Origin: an uncultured Clostridia bacterium
GTDB lineage: Bacteria > Bacillota > Clostridia > Christensenellales > UBA1242
NCBI GenBank assembly: GCA_944341445.1
Contig: CALVLZ010000003.1
Coordinates: 156,448 to 220,447, forward strand
Direction: 5' to 3'
DNA: 64,000 nucleotides
This document shows positions 58,924-64,000 of this stretch, piece after piece. Both the position numbers and the translations under genes were made by a program. The notes under the pieces were generated by a model, which was given only the letters and a program-made list of their open reading frames with translations, was not told the DNA's origin and ran no database searches. Numbering within the stretch: the first letter of the stretch is position 1; each line of letters starts with the position of its first letter.

Positions 58924-59265
58924 TAAAGTTTAATAAATCGTTAATAAATACTTCACAAAATTAAATAAGAGTTGAAATTATTGTATACATTACGAATTTG
59001 AAAATGTAAACCAATACCTAAAAGATAAAGACACTAATACTCTTATAAATTCTTCTAATACAAATTGTGAAGGTTTTTGTAACAATTAAACTACTTATTA
59101 TTCTTGCAAATACAAAATAATTTAAAAATACGCAACTTATAAAAATAATTATTAATTAAACAACTAAGTTGACATAATATAAAATTTAATATAATTATAA
59201 TTAAAAAACTTTTATCCACAGAATTATTTAACAATAAAAAAATTAATATATAAGGAGGTATCATT

Positions 59266-59415
59266 ATGGCAGACGATTACGACGATCAAGACGACAGAAG
59301 CTATCCTATGGATGATGACGCTGATGTTCATGAAGAATACGATGAAGGCCGTTTAGATTTTGGGATGCATATTGAATACGAATCAGACAATAGTTATGAT
59401 GATGACAATGACTAA
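59266..59415 (+). CDS. hyper-acidic mini-protein, family member 2 (49 aa)
   Basis: AAGGAGG lies 7 nt upstream of the ATG. Product MADDYDDQDDRSYPMDDDADVHEEYDEGRLDFGMHIEYESDNSYDDDND. 43 nt are identical to copy 3. Not in the ORF track. Confidence 0.6.
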   Translation: MADDYDDQDDRSYPMDDDADVHEEYDEGRLDFGMHIEYESDNSYDDDND

Positions 59416-59494
59416 TTAAAATAGTTAAACATTAATATTTTTTAATTATAAAAAAATTGTATAAATTTATATAATATAGAAAGGAGATTCTATT

Positions 59495-59635
59495 ATGGCA
59501 CACTATTACGACGATCAAGACGACAGAAGCTATCCTATGGATGATGATGTTGATATTCTTGAAATTATCGAGGATGACAGACCTGATTTTGGCATATATG
59601 ATGACGATGATAGCGATGGCAGTGATGATGAATAA
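59495..59635 (+). CDS. hyper-acidic mini-protein, family member 3 (46 aa)
   Basis: AAGGAG lies 8 nt upstream of the ATG. Product MAHYYDDQDDRSYPMDDDVDILEIIEDDRPDFGIYDDDDSDGSDDE. Not in the ORF track; the track instead lists an antisense ORF at 59432-59656. Confidence 0.6.
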   Translation: MAHYYDDQDDRSYPMDDDVDILEIIEDDRPDFGIYDDDDSDGSDDE

Positions 59636-59707
59636 TTGAAACAAAAATATTTTCACTTTGTTAAAAATTCTGTAAATTTAGATAAAAATTTAAAAAGGGG
59701 GTATCAT

Positions 59708-59857
59708 ATGACACACAAATACGACGATCAAGACGACAGAAGCTATCCTACAGACGGCGACGTAGATATTCAAGAAATATATGATAATGGCGAAACTGAT
59801 TTTGGTATATATAATGACTACGACAGCGATGATAGCGACAGCAGTGACGATGAATAA
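59708..59857 (+). CDS. hyper-acidic mini-protein, family member 4 (49 aa)
   Basis: AAGGGGG lies 6 nt upstream of the ATG at 59708. Product MTHKYDDQDDRSYPTDGDVDIQEIYDNGETDFGIYNDYDSDDSDSSDDE. The track ORF 59636-59857 carries a spurious N-terminal extension. Confidence 0.65.
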   Translation: MTHKYDDQDDRSYPTDGDVDIQEIYDNGETDFGIYNDYDSDDSDSSDDE

Positions 59858-59870
59858 TTAAAAGAAAAAG

Positions 59871-59900
59871 AGAAAGCACCTTAAGATTGCTTTCTTTTTT
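59871..59900 (+). terminator. intrinsic terminator closing the mini-gene array
   Basis: AGAAAGCA-ccttaagat-TGCTTTCT hairpin followed by T6. Confidence 0.7.
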
Positions 59901-59942
59901 ATTTAATTTTATAATAATGATTAATATGTGCTTTAAAATTTA

Positions 59943-59971
59943 TTGACAAATTTTTATTTTTACTATATAAT
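59943..59971 (+). promoter_or_regulatory. consensus sigma-70 promoter for tRNA-Arg
   Basis: Perfect TTGACA (59943-59948), a 17-nt spacer, then a perfect TATAAT (59966-59971), 13 nt upstream of the tRNA 5' end. Confidence 0.8.
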
Positions 59972-59984
59972 AAAATTACTTTTT

Positions 59985-60061
59985 GCGCTATTAGCTCAGC
60001 TGGATAGAGCGTTGGTCTACGGAACCAAAGGTCGAGCGTTCGAATCGCCCATGGCGCACCA
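59985..60061 (+). tRNA. tRNA-Arg (anticodon ACG), CCA encoded
   Basis: The acceptor stem GCGCTAT pairs with ATGGCGC. D-loop AGCTCAGCTGGATAGAGC, anticodon stem-loop TTGGT-CTACGGA-ACCAA, T-loop GTTCGAATC, and a terminal ACCA. Confidence 0.9.
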
Positions 60062-60074
60062 AATATTTATAATA

Positions 60075-60104
60075 AAAAATCTAGCAACAATGCTAGATTT
60101 TTTG
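60075..60104 (+). terminator. intrinsic terminator after tRNA-Arg
   Basis: AAATCTAGCA-acaa-TGCTAGATTT hairpin followed by T-run. Confidence 0.8.
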
Positions 60105-60204
60105 TTTTCAATGTGAAAATATTTTTGCAATAACTCTGTTTTACTAGTTATTTCACAAATTTAGTTTCAAACCTTTTATTATTTATGGTTTACAATTTAT
60201 TTTA

Positions 60205-60675
60205 TTAAACATTATCCTCTTTTAAAATATCATAGCACAAATCTTCATAAAAGTCATTAGCGCCATTTTCATTATCTAATTTTTCAACTAATTTTTGGAT
60301 AACTTCTTTATCTTGATTTTCAACATTAACTGCATTTTCAATTTGTTTTAAGTTTTCAATAAATTCATTAAAAGAATTGGCAACTTTCATAATACTATCC
60401 CAATCATCATGCATCATAAAATATATAGGAAAACCCTTTGTTCCAGCATCTGCAATGATAACATCGCCAAGGCTTGTTTCAAAACCAACAACATAAAAAT
60501 TTTCACCTATTAGTTCATTCCATTCTTTAATGGGTTTGTTTTTAATAGGATTAAATCTAAAGCCATCTTGTGCTTGTACAAAATTGTCAGAATCAATAAT
60601 TTCTAATATTGCAACATCTTTTATTTTAAAAACCTTATAGTTGTTTTCTTTTAATTTTCTAATTAATATCTCCAT
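60205..60675 (-). CDS. SUKH-superfamily (SMI1/KNR4-like) protein, putative immunity-type protein
   Basis: 156 aa. The C-terminal half GDVIIADAGTKGFPIYFMMHDDWDSIMKVANSFNEFIENL follows the SMI1/KNR4 pattern (..Gd.i..d.....piy...hd......vA.SF.eFi..l). GGAAGGA SD upstream. Confidence 0.5.
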   Translation of the reverse strand: MEILIRKLKENNYKVFKIKDVAILEIIDSDNFVQAQDGFRFNPIKNKPIKEWNELIGENFYVVGFETSLGDVIIADAGTKGFPIYFMMHDDWDSIMKVANSFNEFIENLKQIENAVNVENQDKEVIQKLVEKLDNENGANDFYEDLCYDILKEDNV

Positions 60676-60776
60676 CTATTCCTTCCTACAACATACACAT
60701 TATATCATGTAACAAATTAATTCGTTAGTTAAATTTTTATTTAACAATTCCTAATATTTAATCATTATAGCTTTCT

Positions 60777-62231
60777 TTATTTCTTTAATTTATCTAAATT
60801 TCTTTTATAATTATTTTCAACATTTGATAAATTAGACCATTGTCCAACAACGATTTCATCACCTTCTCTAAATTTTTGAATGTCATTATGTGCTTTTAAA
60901 ACGCTTTCAGTTGGTTTAATTTTGTCCCAATCAATTTCTCCCACTTTTTCCAACAATGCTGTTAACTCATTATTAATTTTAACTGTTTCTTCATAATTTT
61001 CATTTTCGAAAGATTTTGAAACTATTGTTCCTAAATTTTCCTTTAAAGAAACAAATAATGAAACACAATATTCTCTAACATCTTTAAACACATCTTTTTG
61101 AATATCTGTTAACTCTTCATATTCTTTGCTTTTTTGGAACTTTTCATCCAAAATTATATATTTACCAAATCTACTTAATTCTTTAATAATATCATTTTTT
61201 ATTTTATAATTTTCTTTTTGCAAAGTATAATTAGAAATTTTTTCTTTTGATGCAACATATTTTTGTGGCAAAGGCCTTGCTATTTGCACATGTTTTAATG
61301 TTTCTTTCATTTCTTGTTCAGAAACTATACCATCGTTAAGCAATTTATTAAAATATGGCATCATTTCTTTATTGAAAACAAAACTTAATTCAGACATATC
61401 TTTTCCGCTTAAAGTTTCACCACTCATTGAATGTTGAATCATATTTGATAATATTATGTTAGATACAACTGACATAACTTGACCTTGTGCAGTTTTATCA
61501 CCTTTTAAGTCGAAATATTCTTTATATGTGTGGTCTTTATCTTCTCCATTGTTTAACTGCTCAACAATAATTGAAACTTCGTGCCCATTGTCTAAAACAT
61601 TAATTCCATTTTTCCTCATTGCTATCATTAAAGGAAACATAAGCTCTGAATCCGCTTTTGAAAACATATGAATTGTTGTAAATTTTGCCCTACCCAAAGG
61701 AATGCGACTTGTAACATCAATCACACAAACTTGCGCCATTAATTCTTCAACTTCCTTATCAGAATATTTTCCGCTATCTATTAAATCCTTTTCCATTAAT
61801 TCTGATATATTTTGAATTTTTTTCGTTGCAGCACAATAGCCTGCTATGTTAATTTTACGCAAATCTTTTTTTAAGCATTCAACGGTTTTATAACTTCCGT
61901 CACTATTAAATAAAATTGGTCTAAAATATTTTTCATAAATCTCTTGCGGTTTGCCTACCGATGCTGAAAGAAACTGTATCCCACAACTCTCAATATCTTC
62001 CCAAGAATATGCATCAACTAATTCAACCATATTTTCAGGTTTGGAAACAAATCCAACTGCTTTTCCTGCTGCATTAATTGCACCATTAATGTCTTTTTCA
62101 GTACCATCTACTGGAACAAAAGATATTAATGTTGGTCCACTTGTTAAAGAAAAATCTGCAGAAACTTCCTTGATTCCATATGGATGCTCCTCTGATGCTC
62201 TGCATTTAATATAAAAAATATTTTTTTGCAT
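60777..62231 (-). CDS. hypothetical 484-aa protein: N-terminal alpha/beta domain plus helical Lys/Glu-rich C-terminal half
   Basis: Strong SD (AAGGTG). No signal peptide or TM helix and no family recognised. There is a possible nucleophile-elbow-like INIAGYCAAT. Confidence 0.6.
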   Translation of the reverse strand: MQKNIFYIKCRASEEHPYGIKEVSADFSLTSGPTLISFVPVDGTEKDINGAINAAGKAVGFVSKPENMVELVDAYSWEDIESCGIQFLSASVGKPQEIYEKYFRPILFNSDGSYKTVECLKKDLRKINIAGYCAATKKIQNISELMEKDLIDSGKYSDKEVEELMAQVCVIDVTSRIPLGRAKFTTIHMFSKADSELMFPLMIAMRKNGINVLDNGHEVSIIVEQLNNGEDKDHTYKEYFDLKGDKTAQGQVMSVVSNIILSNMIQHSMSGETLSGKDMSELSFVFNKEMMPYFNKLLNDGIVSEQEMKETLKHVQIARPLPQKYVASKEKISNYTLQKENYKIKNDIIKELSRFGKYIILDEKFQKSKEYEELTDIQKDVFKDVREYCVSLFVSLKENLGTIVSKSFENENYEETVKINNELTALLEKVGEIDWDKIKPTESVLKAHNDIQKFREGDEIVVGQWSNLSNVENNYKRNLDKLKK

Positions 62232-62458
62232 TAATTTTCACCTTTTATAATTATACTTTAGTATATAAAAATTATCATTCAAGGTCAATATGTTTTGAAT
62301 TTTTAACCTAGTTTTAAAATATTTAGTAAGTATAATTTTATAACCAAATAATATAGTTTGTTTACTTTAATTGTTTTAAATTATAATTAATGCTAAAATC
62401 TATAAATGAATTATTTTAACTTATAATTAATTCTAATAAATTTATAAAGGAGAATTTT

Positions 62459-62794
62459 ATGAGTAGAGAATATCTTAATAAAACTGTTGTTGTTAAAATG
62501 GATAGACCAATGGGTAGCACCCACCCTAAACATGGTTTTATTTACCCTGTAAACTATGGTTATATTCCAAACACTATTTCTGGTGATGGTGAGGAATTAG
62601 ATGCATATGTTTTAGGAGTTTTTGAACCACTTAAAACTTTTGAAGGAAAAGTTATTGCAATAATTCATAGGGTAAGTGACAATGATGATAAATTGGTTGT
62701 TGTTCCTGAAAACAAAACTTACAGTGATGAACAAATAAGAGCATTAACAGAATTTCAAGAACAATGGTTTAAGTCTGAAATTTGGAGAAATTAA
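62459..62794 (+). CDS. short inorganic-pyrophosphatase-like protein (family I PPase core fragment)
   Basis: YPVNYGYIPNTISGDGEELDAYVLG matches the family I PPase YP.NYG.IP.T...DGDP.D..VL region, but the protein is only 111 aa. AAGGAG SD upstream. Confidence 0.6.
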   Translation: MSREYLNKTVVVKMDRPMGSTHPKHGFIYPVNYGYIPNTISGDGEELDAYVLGVFEPLKTFEGKVIAIIHRVSDNDDKLVVVPENKTYSDEQIRALTEFQEQWFKSEIWRN

Positions 62795-62910
62795 TAGATA
62801 ATTAATAAAATATTAAATATCCTTAAAAAAATCAATAGAACCTTTTAATTTTTTTAATTTAAAATAACATTATTAAAATTTAATTCAACCTTGCGTTAGA
62901 CTACAAAAAC

Positions 62911-62946
62911 AAAAAGAACTCTATAATTTAGAGTTCTTTTATTTTT
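62911..62946. terminator. bidirectional intrinsic terminator
   Basis: AGAACTCTA-taatt-TAGAGTTCT hairpin flanked by A- and T-runs, between convergent genes. Confidence 0.75.
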
Positions 62947-62992
62947 TAAAAATTTTTGCAAAAAATTTATTAGTTTTTAATATCTAATGATA

Positions 62993-63904
62993 TCATTTAA
63001 CATCTTCTTGAAAACCATTAGAATAAACAAAACTAAAACCATCTGCAAGTTCTTGAACTATAATAAAATCAGTAACATTTCCATTTTTATATTCCACAGA
63101 AAATTTATCTGCAACATTTGTTTGTTTAATTTTGTATTCCACTTTTCCTAATTTAGCATCAGCGAATTCCATTTCAACAAAAGTTTTGTTGTTTTCTTTT
63201 TCTATTTCAAATTCAGTTTCAGAGATTTTTATGCCGTTTTCGTAAACTTCATATTCATATTCAACTTCATCATTTTCCACTTCTTGTTTAATAACAACAT
63301 AATTATTAGGGTTTTCTAAACTTATGGTTTTAAACTCAATTGAAGATTCTTTTTCGTTTCCTTCAACTTCGAACTCTCTTTTGCCTTGCACTTTAAATTC
63401 CAAACCGTCAACAAGCATAATTCCAACAAGATTAGTTGAAACTTCCACCTCAACATTTTCGTCTTCAATTTCTTTATTTGTTTTTGTTTCTGTTTCGTTA
63501 TAATACATTTTATATTCACTTGTTGTTCCGCCATAGTTTGGCAAACTAATTTTCATAACAAAATTATATGTTCCAAAATATTCATCATTATCTAAAACCT
63601 TTGTTGTTGTTTGACTTATTCCATTATTAATCATAATTTGGTCAAACATTTGAATACCACATTTAATATTGCTAACATCACTGTTTGAAATATGGGTTGG
63701 GCGTGTTTGTGAACTTGTTAACAAATTTTTAGCAACATTCCCTTCTAAATCTTTTAAGTAATTTGCACCAGACACTGCACTCATAGCATAAACATCTTTT
63801 GCAACAATGTTAATGTTGTTGTTCTTTTTACATCCACCAAGACCTAAAGATAAAGTGGCAAAAACAGCGCCAACAACCGCAACTGTTATAAAACCCTTCT
63901 TCAT
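62993..63904 (-). CDS. lipoprotein, Glu-rich beta-type extracellular domain
   Basis: Signal peptide MKKGFITVAVVGAVFATLSLGLGGC with a lipobox (LGGC). AGGAGGG SD upstream. No functional motif. Confidence 0.8.
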   Translation of the reverse strand: MKKGFITVAVVGAVFATLSLGLGGCKKNNNINIVAKDVYAMSAVSGANYLKDLEGNVAKNLLTSSQTRPTHISNSDVSNIKCGIQMFDQIMINNGISQTTTKVLDNDEYFGTYNFVMKISLPNYGGTTSEYKMYYNETETKTNKEIEDENVEVEVSTNLVGIMLVDGLEFKVQGKREFEVEGNEKESSIEFKTISLENPNNYVVIKQEVENDEVEYEYEVYENGIKISETEFEIEKENNKTFVEMEFADAKLGKVEYKIKQTNVADKFSVEYKNGNVTDFIIVQELADGFSFVYSNGFQEDVK

Positions 63905-64000
63905 AGCACAGCCCTCCTATTTATATTTATTATTAATATGTTACCATTTTTTATTATTTTATCAAATAAAAATTCATTATTTTTTATTTTTATGCAAATA

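Noticed and set aside
59432-59656. 74-aa minus-strand ORF (MKIFLFQLFIITAIAIIVIIY...) listed in the track
   Set aside because: It is the antisense shadow of acidic mini-gene 3. Its Ile/Val-rich product simply reflects the complement of GAT/GAC codons. It has no SD, while the plus-strand mini-gene has AAGGAG and three paralogs.
59636-59707. N-terminal 24 codons of track ORF 59636-59857 (MKQKYFHFVKNSVNLDKNLKRGYH)
   Set aside because: There is no SD before 59636, and the extension is basic and unlike the paralogs. The AAGGGGG SD sits in front of the internal ATG at 59708, which aligns with the starts of copies 2 and 3.
58771-59857. The idea that the acidic mini-genes are RiPP (e.g. graspetide/microviridin-like, compare KYPSD versus RSYPMD) precursor peptides
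   Set aside because: No ATP-grasp, radical-SAM, cyclodehydratase, lanthipeptide synthetase, leader peptidase or dedicated exporter gene lies adjacent, and the peptides lack a leader/core organisation. I keep it only as a low-probability alternative inside the main finding.
59985-62231. Integrated mobile element or prophage remnant at tRNA-Arg
   Set aside because: There is no integrase, recombinase, transposase or phage gene, and I found no copy of the tRNA 3' end downstream that could serve as an att repeat. Only the accessory character of the flanking genes hints at an island.
1-64000. Alternative genetic code (TGA=Trp, Mycoplasma-type), given the very low GC
   Set aside because: Conserved proteins (PflB 740 aa, phosphoketolase about 794 aa, Tex 731 aa, AsnRS 462 aa) are full length under the standard code. 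Trp is encoded by TGG, and TGA is used as a stop (for example the UDG-like gene ending at 14030).

Overview
This is about 64 kb of a very AT-rich bacterial chromosome that uses the standard genetic code. Full-length PflB, phosphoketolase and Tex ORFs have no in-frame TGA, and Trp is encoded by TGG. The gene content points to a low-GC Bacillota/Mycoplasmatota-like anaerobe: pyruvate formate-lyase with its activase, phosphoketolase, rubrerythrin, DegV, and MGDG-synthase-like glycolipid glycosyltransferases. I call about 65 protein genes, three single tRNA genes (Ser-CGA, Ser-GGA, Arg-ACG, each behind a near-consensus sigma-70 promoter), and many hairpin/T-run terminators, several shared by convergent genes. 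I saw no rRNA, CRISPR array, transposase, integrase or obvious prophage. Most genes are housekeeping: asnS, archaeal-type aspS, pflBA, xfp, a Ca-type P-type ATPase, tex, radC, MscS, an ABC exporter, and nucleotide house-cleaning enzymes. Several accessory oddities are interspersed. (1) A tandem array of four paralogous, individually SD-equipped mini-genes at 58771-59857 encodes 46-50 aa hyper-acidic peptides with a conserved YDDQDDRSYP...DFGIY core. It lies just upstream of tRNA-Arg, three of the four are absent from the ORF track, and I cannot assign them to any family. This is my best candidate for something undescribed. (2) Across the tRNA-Arg there is a 484-aa orphan protein followed by a SUKH/SMI1-KNR4-like gene, arranged like a toxin-immunity pair. 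(3) A GC-rich collagen-like (GXY) gene has a Cys-rich N-terminus and a BclA/C1q-like C-terminal domain. (4) A ThyX-like protein appears to be a fused pseudo-dimer whose motifs are split between the halves. (5) A CrtO-family acyltransferase gene is broken by a homopolymer frameshift. (6) An overlapping three-gene membrane/SHOCT operon, a bacterial ankyrin-repeat protein, a membrane-anchored Mrr-like nuclease and an internally duplicated surface protein complete the list. All functional calls come from motif recognition by eye; no database search was run.
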